Source: an uncultured Verrucomicrobiae bacterium
GTDB taxonomy: Bacteria > Verrucomicrobiota > Verrucomicrobiia > Chthoniobacterales > Chthoniobacteraceae
Assembly (NCBI GenBank): GCA_963769025.1
Contig: CAVYKI010000006.1
Coordinates: 352,001-416,000, forward strand
DNA: 64,000 nucleotides
Reading direction: 5' to 3'
Each line of letters starts with the position of its first letter. Position 1 is the first letter of the stretch. Of this stretch, positions 29,836-38,869 are shown piece after piece. The notes under the pieces are model-generated. The model was not told where the DNA came from. It was given only the letters and a program-made list of their open reading frames with translations, and made no database searches. A program made the translations under genes and the position numbers.

Positions 29836-30486
29836 CTAGGCCAGCGCGAGGAGGGCGAGCATGCGGCCGGTCTGGCCCTTTTCGCGGCGGTAGCTGTAGT
29901 AGCGGTCCGCGCCGGCGCCGGTGCAGAGCGCGCAGTCGTGGACGGAGGTGAGCCCGGCGTCGCGGCATTGGCGGAGGATTTCCTGCGCAAAATCGATTTC
30001 GTAGTGCGGCGGGCGGATGCAGGGGCCGAGCTGCGCGACGATGTCGGTCCGCGCGCAGCCGTATTCTTTCACCATGGCGTCGATGGCGGCGGCGGCGATG
30101 CCGAGCTGCGTGCCTTTCCTCCCGCTGTGGATGCAGCCGATGGCGCGGCGCACGGGATCGACGAGCCAGAGCGGGCCGCAGTCGGCGACGTAGATGCCGA
30201 GGCAGACGGCGGGGTCGTCGGTGATGAGGGCGTCCACGTCCGGGACGGGGGAGACATGCGCGGCGGCGACGGCGGCGACGCCCGCGCCATGCACCTGCTC
30301 GGCGGTGATGAACCGGCGTCCCGCGGCGCCGATGGCGGTGAGGATTTCGGCGTGATGCGCGTCGAGGCGCCGGAGCGCGGTGGCGCGGTCGGTGCGGACA
30401 TCGAGATCGGCGACGCGGCCGGTGAATGCGTGGAGGACGGGCAGGCCGGAGAGTGAGGGGAACGTCTCGTAGGGGCAGGCCGACAT
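29836..30486 (-). CDS. YfiH/PgeF (polyphenol oxidase/laccase-like, purine nucleoside phosphorylase) family protein
   Basis: AEQVHG, DALIT, YVADCGP, HSGRKG, LGPCI, YYSYRR.KG.TGRM. Confidence 0.9.
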   Translation of the reverse strand: MSACPYETFPSLSGLPVLHAFTGRVADLDVRTDRATALRRLDAHHAEILTAIGAAGRRFITAEQVHGAGVAAVAAAHVSPVPDVDALITDDPAVCLGIYVADCGPLWLVDPVRRAIGCIHSGRKGTQLGIAAAAIDAMVKEYGCARTDIVAQLGPCIRPPHYEIDFAQEILRQCRDAGLTSVHDCALCTGAGADRYYSYRREKGQTGRMLALLALA

Positions 30487-30494
30487 TGCTGCCT

Positions 30495-31928
30495 TTACTC
30501 CGAGGTCCAGAGCTTCGCGGGGGCGGAGCGGGGCGGTGCGACGGCGGAGCCCGCATCCGCGCCGGGGAGCGTCGGGTCGTGGAAAGAGCCGGAGCCCGTG
30601 GCGCGATCGTATTCGGCGAGGGCGACGTTGTAGTCGGAGAGCGCCTGCTTCTGCGTGGTGCGGGCCTTGGTCAGTGCGACGCGGGCATTGAGGAGATCGA
30701 GCTGGGTGCCTGCGCCTGCCGAGAGGCGTTCCTTGGCGAGCCGGAGCGCTTCATCGGCCTGCTCGACGACCTTGCTCTGGCTGGCGATGACTTCGCGGGC
30801 GACCTTTGCCTGCGCGTAGGCTTTCTGGACTTCGAGTTCGACCTGCAGGATGGAGTCCGAGAGGCTGACTTTTGCGGAAGAGAGGCGGGCCCTGGCCTGG
30901 TCCACTTTGCCCTTGGTGAGGAAGCCGTCGAAAATGGCCCAGCTCCCGGTGACTCCGAAATACCAGCCATTGGCCACCTTCGCGAGGTCGTTGCCGGTGC
31001 GGGAATTCACCGCCTCATATCCCGCGCTCGCGTCGAGCTTCGGCTTGTAGCCGGCCTTCGCGACGGTGATTTGCTGTTCCTCTGTCGCGACGGTGTTTTG
31101 CTGCGCCTTGAGGATGGCGCGGTTTTTCCGCGCGGCGATGAGCGCGCGGGAGAGATTCACCTCGCGGGGCGGCATGCGCAGGCTGCCCGCGACATCCGGC
31201 TCGGCGTCGGTGTCCATGCCGAGGATCCTGCCGAGCTCGAGGCGGCTGATGTGGAGATTGTTTTTCGCCCGGATGAGGTCGGGGCGGGCGTTGGCGAGCT
31301 CGACCTCGGCCTGCAGGACGTTGAAGCGCGGCACGGTGCCCGCGGAGAAGCGGTTTTGCTGGTCGGTGAGCTGGTCGCTGAGGAGGACGATGCTTTCCTC
31401 GGCCACGGTGATGAGCTCGCGGTTCAGGAGCGCGGTGTAAAATTGCGTGCGGACCTTGGCGACGACGGTGGCGACCGTTTCCCGGAGAAGCTGATGGCTG
31501 GCGTCCTCGGTGAGGTCCGCGATTTTCAACGCCGCGCGCACTTTGCCGCCGGAGTAGAGGGCCTGCTTCACCTGCAGCGCGATCTGCCACGACTTGTCAT
31601 AGCTGCCGCCGGTGAATGTGCCCGAGCCGGTGCCCGTGGAGATCGAGGTGCCGCCGCTGCCGATGAGCCGGGGGTCGTACTGGCTGTAGCTGGCGGTCGC
31701 CGTCAGCGAGGGGAGCGCCTGCGCGCGGACCTCGATGACCTGCCCGCGCGTGCGCTCGATCTCGTGGATCGCCTTGAGGATGTCCGGGTTCTGCCGGAGC
31801 GCGAGCGAGACCGCCGCATCGAGGGTCAGGGCCCGTGGGCCCGAGGATGCCGGTTTTATTTCCTTCGCCGCGGATTCCGCAATGTTCAGAGCCAGGAGAG
31901 TCGCGGCGAACAAGATCGCCCGATTCAT
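30495..31928 (-). CDS. TolC family outer-membrane protein
   Basis: Signal peptide; LTLDAAVSLALRQNP; two OEP repeats (AGTVPRFNVLQAE, AGAGTQLDLLNAR). Confidence 0.92.
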   Translation of the reverse strand: MNRAILFAATLLALNIAESAAKEIKPASSGPRALTLDAAVSLALRQNPDILKAIHEIERTRGQVIEVRAQALPSLTATASYSQYDPRLIGSGGTSISTGTGSGTFTGGSYDKSWQIALQVKQALYSGGKVRAALKIADLTEDASHQLLRETVATVVAKVRTQFYTALLNRELITVAEESIVLLSDQLTDQQNRFSAGTVPRFNVLQAEVELANARPDLIRAKNNLHISRLELGRILGMDTDAEPDVAGSLRMPPREVNLSRALIAARKNRAILKAQQNTVATEEQQITVAKAGYKPKLDASAGYEAVNSRTGNDLAKVANGWYFGVTGSWAIFDGFLTKGKVDQARARLSSAKVSLSDSILQVELEVQKAYAQAKVAREVIASQSKVVEQADEALRLAKERLSAGAGTQLDLLNARVALTKARTTQKQALSDYNVALAEYDRATGSGSFHDPTLPGADAGSAVAPPRSAPAKLWTSE

Positions 31929-32377
31929 CACTGGTTGCAGTGCGGGAAAATCTTCTCGTAGATGCGTACCCATGTTGCGCGCTCGTTTTCGTCGAGATGC
32001 TCCATGAGACGCAAGAGGTTTTGGATCATATCCTGCCGGATCTCCTGCACCATCGCGTGGCCTTTTTCGCTGATGACGACGAGCACCTTGCGGCGGTCCT
32101 CAGGGCCCTGCTTGCGGCTGATGAGGGAGAGCTTCTCGAGGCGATCGACGAGGCCGGTCGCGGCTGCGGTGGTGTGCTTCATGCGGCGGGCGACTTCGGT
32201 CATCGTCAGCGGCTCTTCCTCTTGGGCGAGGAAGCTCAGGAGCAGGAATTGTGGAAAGGACAGACGACCCCGGACCAATTCCTTGGAAAGGTTGAGGACG
32301 AATGAGCGTTGAAGGACGATAAAAATATCAGCCAGGCGCTCGGCGGAGGACTTCAGGTCTTGTCGGTGATCGTGCAT
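31928..32377 (-). CDS. MarR family transcriptional regulator
   Basis: LSFPQFLLL, TTAAATGLVDRLEK, DRRKVLVVISEKG. Confidence 0.92.
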   Translation of the reverse strand: MHDHRQDLKSSAERLADIFIVLQRSFVLNLSKELVRGRLSFPQFLLLSFLAQEEEPLTMTEVARRMKHTTAAATGLVDRLEKLSLISRKQGPEDRRKVLVVISEKGHAMVQEIRQDMIQNLLRLMEHLDENERATWVRIYEKIFPHCNQ

Positions 32378-32494
32378 AGGATTTAGAATATTAAGCAGAT
32401 AAAGGGTAGGGGCATCCCTCTTGTGGTCAACTGACATTTTCCCCGAACGTCGCGGCACGGCAGGTGCTTGAGAGCATTGGAATTCCCACAAGCC

Positions 32495-32947
32495 ATGCAA
32501 CGCTACACCGACCAACCCGCCACCGTGGAACTTTCGGAAACCCTCGCCGAAACCACCCCCGCCGAACTGAAGGGCAAGGTTCTCCTCCTCGAAGACGACC
32601 CGCAGTTTAAGGAGATCATGAACGAGTTCCTCGCCACCCACGGCTTCCAGGTGGTCGCCGTCCAGAACGGCGTCGAGGGCGTCCACGAGGTGCTCGCCGG
32701 GGACTTTGAGGTCATCCTTTGCGACATGATGATGCCTACGCTTCCGGGCGACATGTTCTTCCGCGCCGTGGAACGGATGCGCCCGCATCTCTGCAACCGT
32801 TTCATCTTCATGACCGGCCATCGCGGAAACGCGAAAGTCTCGGACTTCATCCGCACCGTGAATGGCACGATGCTCGCAAAGCCCTTCCATGTGGACGATC
32901 TGCTGGAGATGATCGCCTTTGTGCAGGTCCGCACCGCGGTGAACTGA
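32495..32947 (+). CDS. Single-domain response regulator (receiver)
   Basis: VLLLEDD, ILCDMMMP, FMTG, LAKPF. Confidence 0.9.
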   Translation: MQRYTDQPATVELSETLAETTPAELKGKVLLLEDDPQFKEIMNEFLATHGFQVVAVQNGVEGVHEVLAGDFEVILCDMMMPTLPGDMFFRAVERMRPHLCNRFIFMTGHRGNAKVSDFIRTVNGTMLAKPFHVDDLLEMIAFVQVRTAVN

Positions 32948-33009
32948 GGCGAGGGGAGTAGTCGCGGGCCACCGTCCCACAAGATCGTTGGGCCGGATTG
33001 GGGCCGAGG

Positions 33010-33135
33010 TCACTTGCCGATGGCCTTGAACAAAACGAACACCAAGAGCGCAAGGCCCAAGCTGCCGCCAAAAAGCCAAACCAGGAATGCTTTGCCGGCG
33101 GCTGCGATCACGGGGATGAGAATGACGGTGCTCAT
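33010..33135 (-). CDS. Small (41-aa) hydrophobic membrane protein
   Basis: MSTVILIPVIAAAGKAFLVWLFGGSLGLALLVFVLFKAIGK fills an otherwise empty gap. Confidence 0.6.
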   Translation of the reverse strand: MSTVILIPVIAAAGKAFLVWLFGGSLGLALLVFVLFKAIGK

Positions 33136-33287
33136 ATTTGGAGGGAGGGTGGGTGTTTCACCTGTGGATCGTGGTGTGTCCTCGAATCGGACGTAAATCG
33201 TTTTGGCAATGCCGGGTCGGGAGCCCGACATCATGCCTCGGGTGTCCGAGCTTGTTCCTGCGATGGAGATTCCCCATCCTGTCGCGC

Positions 33288-34277
33288 ATGAAAGCCCTCG
33301 ACCTGCTCCTCGTCTGCGCCCTCGCGATCGCGCTCGGAATTTCCAATGGAAAATCCGCCGCCGCAGACGCACCCGGAACAACGACGGTGCTCAAATGGAA
33401 GGATGGGAAGAAGGCCGTCTTCCTCCTCATGTTCGACGACAGCGCGCCCAGCGCCATGAATACCGTCATCCCCGAACTGAAGAAGCGTGGCATGACCGGC
33501 ACCTTCTACGTCGTCCCCGGCGGCGACCCATTCAAGGTCGCGCAAAAGGCGTGGGAGACCGAACTGCCCGGCCCCGACATCGTCTATGCGAACCACACCT
33601 TCACCCACAAGGGAGCCACCACCGCCGAGCAGCTCGACGAGGAACTCGCGAAGTGCAACGAAGGCATCGCGAAGTGCTTCCCCGGCCTCAAGCAGCCGCG
33701 CCTGATTTCCTTCGGCAAGCCCGGCGGCGTCCCATGGACGGTGAGCAAGGAGGAAGTCAGCGCCGCATTAGCCAAATACCACCTCGTCGATCGGCCGCCG
33801 TTCAAGGGCTTCCCGATCAATTTCAAGACGACCGAGGAATTGCTCGCGCTCGTGGACGCCGCGCTCGCGAAAGGCGAAATGGAATACCACGTCTTTCACG
33901 GCGTGGGAGGCGACTGGCTGGTCACGCCGCTCGGTGTCTTCCACGCGCTGCTCGACAAACTCGCGGCCCACAAGGACGAGCTGTGGGTCACAGACGCCAT
34001 CTCATGGCATCAATACGCCGCCGAACGCAAAAGCGCCGAAGTCAAAGTCCTCGAAGCCGGGAAAGACCGCATCCGAGTCCGCCTGACCTCCCGGGAGGAC
34101 CCCGCCTTCTACGACCTCCCGCTCACGCTCTCCACGCAGGTCCCGCCGGATTGGAAGCAATGTCGTGTGACGCAGGGCGGCACGAGCACCACCGTTTCCG
34201 CAGCGGACGGCTTCGTGCGCTACCCGGCCGTTCCGGGCGCGGAGGAAATCACGATCCAGCCTGTCGGCGGGAGGTAG
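33288..34277 (+). CDS. Secreted polysaccharide deacetylase (CE4/NodB-like)
   Basis: Signal peptide; LMFDDS, ANHTFTH, VFHGVG. Confidence 0.85.
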   Translation: MKALDLLLVCALAIALGISNGKSAAADAPGTTTVLKWKDGKKAVFLLMFDDSAPSAMNTVIPELKKRGMTGTFYVVPGGDPFKVAQKAWETELPGPDIVYANHTFTHKGATTAEQLDEELAKCNEGIAKCFPGLKQPRLISFGKPGGVPWTVSKEEVSAALAKYHLVDRPPFKGFPINFKTTEELLALVDAALAKGEMEYHVFHGVGGDWLVTPLGVFHALLDKLAAHKDELWVTDAISWHQYAAERKSAEVKVLEAGKDRIRVRLTSREDPAFYDLPLTLSTQVPPDWKQCRVTQGGTSTTVSAADGFVRYPAVPGAEEITIQPVGGR

Positions 34278-34334
34278 GCTCCGCGCCCAAAGCGGGACTT
34301 GGAAACGGCGAACGGCTAGGTGAACGATCCGCAC

Positions 34335-35856
34335 TCACGGGTTCGTGAGGTTCGGCGCCCACGTGCCATCCCGCAGTTCAGGCATCTTGCCGTCGGCGGG
34401 GAAGGTGGTCTTCACGGCTTCGCGGAGCTTTGCGGAAAGCTCCGCGACGGTCGCGACGTGTGCGGGATTCTCGGCGAGATTGGTGAGTTCCTTCGGATCA
34501 TTGTCGTGGTCGTAAAGCTCGCGTCCCTGCCGGCCTTCGTCCCACTCGGTATAGCGCCAGCGAGGGGTGCGCAGGCTGTAGCCGAGGAAGCGCTTCACGT
34601 TGTCGCCCACTGCCGGGGCCGCGCCCATGCGCTTGAAGCCGCCGCCGCGCACCACCTGGCTGATCGTCCAGCCGCGTCCGGCTGCCGCCGGGTCTTTCAA
34701 CATGGGCGCGAGGCTCTGGCCCTGGAGATTCGCGGGCGGCTTCACGCCGCAGAGTTCCGTGAGCGTCGGATACAGATCGATGAGGCCGACGGGCGCCGAG
34801 GCGACGCTGCCGGGCTTCGCGACGCCGGGACCGGCGATGATGAGCGGGACGCGCGCGCTTTCCTCGAAGAGGCTCTGCTTCTGCCAGAGCCCGTGTTCGC
34901 CGAGGTGATAGCCGTGGTCGCTCGTGAAAACGACGATGGTGTTGTCGCTCAGGCCGAGGCGGTCGAGCGCGTCGAGCACCTTGCCCGCCTGCGCATCCAT
35001 GAAAGTGATGCTCGCATAGTACGCCTGCAACGCCTGCCTGCGCAGATCGTCGGTGAGCTTGTCCTGCTCCTTCTTGTAGCTCATCAGCCCGGCGGGCGGG
35101 ATGTCCTTCTGATCCTCCGCGACGCCCTGCACGACCGGCATCTGCGCCTCGGGATATTTTTCAAAGTAGGATGCCGGCGAGACGTAGGGCGTGTGCGGGC
35201 GGAAGAAGCCGACGGCGAGAAAGAACGGGCGATCCTTCTGCTTCGCGCAACGTTCCAGCACCCACTCCGCGTCCGCGGCCTCCATGCCGTCGGTGTGCTT
35301 CGCGTCGGGATTCTTCGAGGCGAGCCAGCTCAGCGTGCCGCCGAATTGCCCCGGCGTGAGGCTGAAAATGTCCGGCTCCTCCGTCATGCGGTCGCAGCCC
35401 GCGGGGTTCAGCTCCATTTCCCACGAGCCGGGATCGTCGTGGCCGTTCGTGCCGATCGAGTTCGGCACATTGTAGTGGTAGAGCTTGCCGATGCGCACCG
35501 CGAGGTAGCCCTCGAGCCGGAACGCCTGCGGCAGGCTCACGGCTGACGGGATCGTCTGCCGGAAAATCTGCGCATTCGCGAGGATGCCCGTGCTGTTCGG
35601 GTAGCAGTCCCGTGAGCATCGAGTTGCGGCTCGGCCCGCAGAGCGGGAACTGGCAGTACGCACGGTCGAAGCGCACGCCGCGCGCGGCGAGCTTGTCGAG
35701 GTTCGGCGTCTTCACGAGCGGATGCCCGTAGGTGCCCATGCTGTTGTTCAGATCATCGGCGATGATGAAGAGGACATTGGGCTTTTTTGCGGGGGCGTCG
35801 GCGGCGCTGGCGGTAACGACGAGCGCGGCGAGCAGGACGGGGAGGATTGGATTCAT
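34335..35856 (-). CDS. Sulfatase (iduronate-2-sulfatase/choline sulfatase-like); one apparent +1 frameshift at ~35604
   Basis: [16 protein letters not shown] (CxPxR), [25 protein letters not shown]. Confidence 0.9.
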
Positions 35857-35901
35857 GGGGGCGGGGATGGTTGCGTGGTCGGGGAACGAGGGGTGTGCGT
35901 G

Positions 35902-37575
35902 CTATTTGGCCGGAGGTTGCTGGGGCTTCTTCCTGCCGCCGCCGTCGCCGGCGTCGGTGAAAGGTGGCTGCTCGAATCGCGGGGGATTTTCCACGACACG
36001 CGGATCGTTCGCCTCGCGGAGTTTTTTCATCAGCTCGGCGGCGAGCCTGTCCTTCGCTTTCGCGAAGCCGGCGTTGCCCGCGAGATTGTTCACCTGGTCG
36101 GGATCCTTGCGCAGATCGTAGAGTTCCTCGGCGGGCCGCTTGCCGAATGCGAACTCGTAATGCCACTGCCACTCGGGATCATTGCGGTGCGTGACGAGCC
36201 AGGCTTTCGTCGGGCTCGCATCCATGTCGGCGAATGCGGCGTAGGTGGAATTTTGCAGCGCATCGGAGGGCGGCGTCTCCGTGGCGGTCACGCCCTTCGG
36301 CGAGCCCATCGGCCAGCGGTCGGCCTCGAAGTTGCGGATGTAAACGTAGTCCGGCGTGTGCAGCGCGCGCATGGGGTAGGGGAGATTTCCCTCGCGCGCT
36401 GCGCCGACGTGCCGCTCGCGCCCGGTGATGACCCAATCGCGCGTCGGATCGATGAGCCCGCTTTTGTCCGACTGCATGAGCGGCAGCAGCGAGCGGCCGT
36501 AGAGCCCCTCGGGCGGCTTCACTCCGGCGATCTCCATGAAAGTCGGCGCGAGGTCGGGCAGGCGCACGAAGTCCTCCACGATTCGGCCGCCTTTCCCGCC
36601 CGGCACGCGCATGACGAGCGGCACGCTCACGCCCATGTCGTAGAGGTTGCACTTGCCCGCGGGAACGCCCGGCATGCCGTGATCGCCGCTGAGCACGATG
36701 AGCGTGCGGGCCGCCTCGCCGGTTTCCTCGAGGCGCTTGAGCAGTTCGCCGACGCACGCGTCCACGGCCTGGCATTCGCCGAGATAGTCCGCCACGTCCT
36801 CGCGCACCTCGTGCACGTCGGGGAGAAACTTCGGCATCTTGCCCCTCAGCGCATCGGGCTCGATTCCCCAGAGTTTCTTGCCCGAGCCTTTGATCCACGT
36901 GCGGTGCGTCGTCGTGGTGCCGAAGAAATAGTGCCACGGCTCGCCCTCTTTCCGTGCGGCGAGGAATGCGTCGAAATTGCCCCGCACCTGCGCGAGGATC
37001 TCCGCGCGGGCCTGGTCGAAGGACATGCCCTTTCCCACGCGCGCGGTGGCTTCTTCGGAAAAATTGTTCGGTGCGCGCCCGGCCTTTTCATAGGCGTATT
37101 GCTGGCCGCCAAATGGCGCGTCCGCCGGCGTGCCGGGGCTCCACACCTTGTAGCTTTTCCCGATCCTGTAGCCGGCGTCGCGGATCATGAGCGGATACGT
37201 CGGGATGGAATCGTCCCACACCGCGCCGTTCAGGATCGCGGCGCGTCCCGTGTTGAAGAAATAACGCCCCGTGAGCAGCGAACTGCGGCACGGCGTGCAG
37301 CTCGGCGCGTTGACGAACGCATTCTTGAAGACCACGCCTTCCTTCGCGACGCGATCCACGTTGGGCGTCTGCACGACGTCATTGATCGTGGGCCGCCCGT
37401 CGAGGCCCTTGTAGCAGCTCGCGTAGCGACCCCAGTCGTCGGCGAAGACGAAGAGGATGTTCCAGCGGGGTGCGTCTGCCGCTGAGGCCGGGAGACAGAA
37501 GGCCGCGGCCAGCAGCAGGAATCCGGCGAAGCGCGTGGCGAAGGTGGAAGAGTGGGGTGTGTGCAGTGTGTTCAT
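35902..37575 (-). CDS. Sulfatase (sulfamidase-like)
   Basis: NILFVFADDWG, CTPCRSSLLTG, GDHGMP, EELYDLRKDPDQ. Confidence 0.92.
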   Translation of the reverse strand: MNTLHTPHSSTFATRFAGFLLLAAAFCLPASAADAPRWNILFVFADDWGRYASCYKGLDGRPTINDVVQTPNVDRVAKEGVVFKNAFVNAPSCTPCRSSLLTGRYFFNTGRAAILNGAVWDDSIPTYPLMIRDAGYRIGKSYKVWSPGTPADAPFGGQQYAYEKAGRAPNNFSEEATARVGKGMSFDQARAEILAQVRGNFDAFLAARKEGEPWHYFFGTTTTHRTWIKGSGKKLWGIEPDALRGKMPKFLPDVHEVREDVADYLGECQAVDACVGELLKRLEETGEAARTLIVLSGDHGMPGVPAGKCNLYDMGVSVPLVMRVPGGKGGRIVEDFVRLPDLAPTFMEIAGVKPPEGLYGRSLLPLMQSDKSGLIDPTRDWVITGRERHVGAAREGNLPYPMRALHTPDYVYIRNFEADRWPMGSPKGVTATETPPSDALQNSTYAAFADMDASPTKAWLVTHRNDPEWQWHYEFAFGKRPAEELYDLRKDPDQVNNLAGNAGFAKAKDRLAAELMKKLREANDPRVVENPPRFEQPPFTDAGDGGGRKKPQQPPAK

Positions 37576-37734
37576 CGGGGTGCGTAGTTTATCCGTGCGG
37601 GAGTTTCCGATTAGCCATGGCAGGCGGGCCGGGTCACGCTCTTTGGGAGCCCTTGCTCGCTTGGAGATTGTGGCGTCCGGTGCGTTTGACACCTTCTGCG
37701 CGGCCACCTAGCCTGCCGCGCTCAGAACCGTTCC

Positions 37735-38859
37735 ATGCGTCCACAGTCCCCCATCCAGTCCCCGCGTTTCGGCCGTACCGCGGCGATTGCGGCGGCGATC
37801 CTGGCGACGGTGGCGGTGCTTCAGCTCGGCGCGGTGACGGTCGCATTTTTCAAAAAGTCGGGGAGCGGCGCTTCGGAGAATGACGATGACAACGGCGGCG
37901 GCCCGCCGATGAAGATCGATATCTCCAAGCTCGTGCTCGACACACCGCCCCCCGAGGCACCCTTGCCGCTCGGCGTGGATCCGCTCGCGTCGGCCAACGA
38001 CGATCGCCCGCCGGGGCCGCAGCCAATCCTGCCGCGCGCCGAACCGCTCGTCCCGCCGCACGACCCCGCCGCTTCGCAGGCCGGGAATCTCGCGCCGCCG
38101 CGCCCGACGCCGGTGCCGCTGAGTGCGTTCACGCCGAAGGCCGATCCGCGCTTCAGCGAACTCGTGGAGCAGGGCAGGCTCCTCCGCAGCAGCGGCGATA
38201 CTGCGGGCGCGCTGGTGAAATTCCGCGAGGCCGCGGTGATCGAGCCGGGCAATCCGCTCGCCATCGCGGAGCAGGCGTACACCTTTGAAAAAATGAGCCT
38301 GCCGGACAAGGCGGCGGAGCAGTGGAAGCGCCTCGTCTCGATGGGCGACCGCGCGGGCCTGTATCATTCGGTGGCGATGTCGAAGATGAACACCGCAGTG
38401 CAGGGCACGATGCGCACGACAGCCGGTGGCGGGCCGCCGATCCCGCAGGGAAAGGTGATGGCCATCGGAAGCACCGTGGCGAGGGAGGAACCGGACCCGG
38501 AGGCGGCGAAGAAATTCACGCTGTCGGTGCCGATCCGCGCGGGTGCGGCGGAGACCATCGCGGTGCGCGACATGAAGGTCTTCGTGCTTTTTTACGAACG
38601 CGTGAGCGGCAAGGACATCGCGCGCACCATCGCGAACGTCAGCAACCGATGGTCTTCATCGCCGGTGGACTGGAAGGAAGGCGACACGGAGACGCTGGAG
38701 GTGAGCTACGATCTGCCCGCGCAGCAGGCGCGAGCCGAGCACCGGGAATATTACGGCTACATCGTGCGGCTTTATTACCGCGGCGAATTGCAGGATACGA
38801 AGGCCGAGCCGGCGAACCTGAACCAGAAGTTTCCACCCCCCTACACACTCTCCGAATAG
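37735..38859 (+). CDS. Membrane-anchored hypothetical protein with Pro-rich linker and TPR-like helices
   Basis: N-terminal TM helix, Pro-rich segment, GDTAGALVKFREAAVIEP TPR-like repeat, beta-rich C-terminal domain. Confidence 0.75.
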   Translation: MRPQSPIQSPRFGRTAAIAAAILATVAVLQLGAVTVAFFKKSGSGASENDDDNGGGPPMKIDISKLVLDTPPPEAPLPLGVDPLASANDDRPPGPQPILPRAEPLVPPHDPAASQAGNLAPPRPTPVPLSAFTPKADPRFSELVEQGRLLRSSGDTAGALVKFREAAVIEPGNPLAIAEQAYTFEKMSLPDKAAEQWKRLVSMGDRAGLYHSVAMSKMNTAVQGTMRTTAGGGPPIPQGKVMAIGSTVAREEPDPEAAKKFTLSVPIRAGAAETIAVRDMKVFVLFYERVSGKDIARTIANVSNRWSSSPVDWKEGDTETLEVSYDLPAQQARAEHREYYGYIVRLYYRGELQDTKAEPANLNQKFPPPYTLSE

Positions 38860-38869
38860 AAACCAAATC

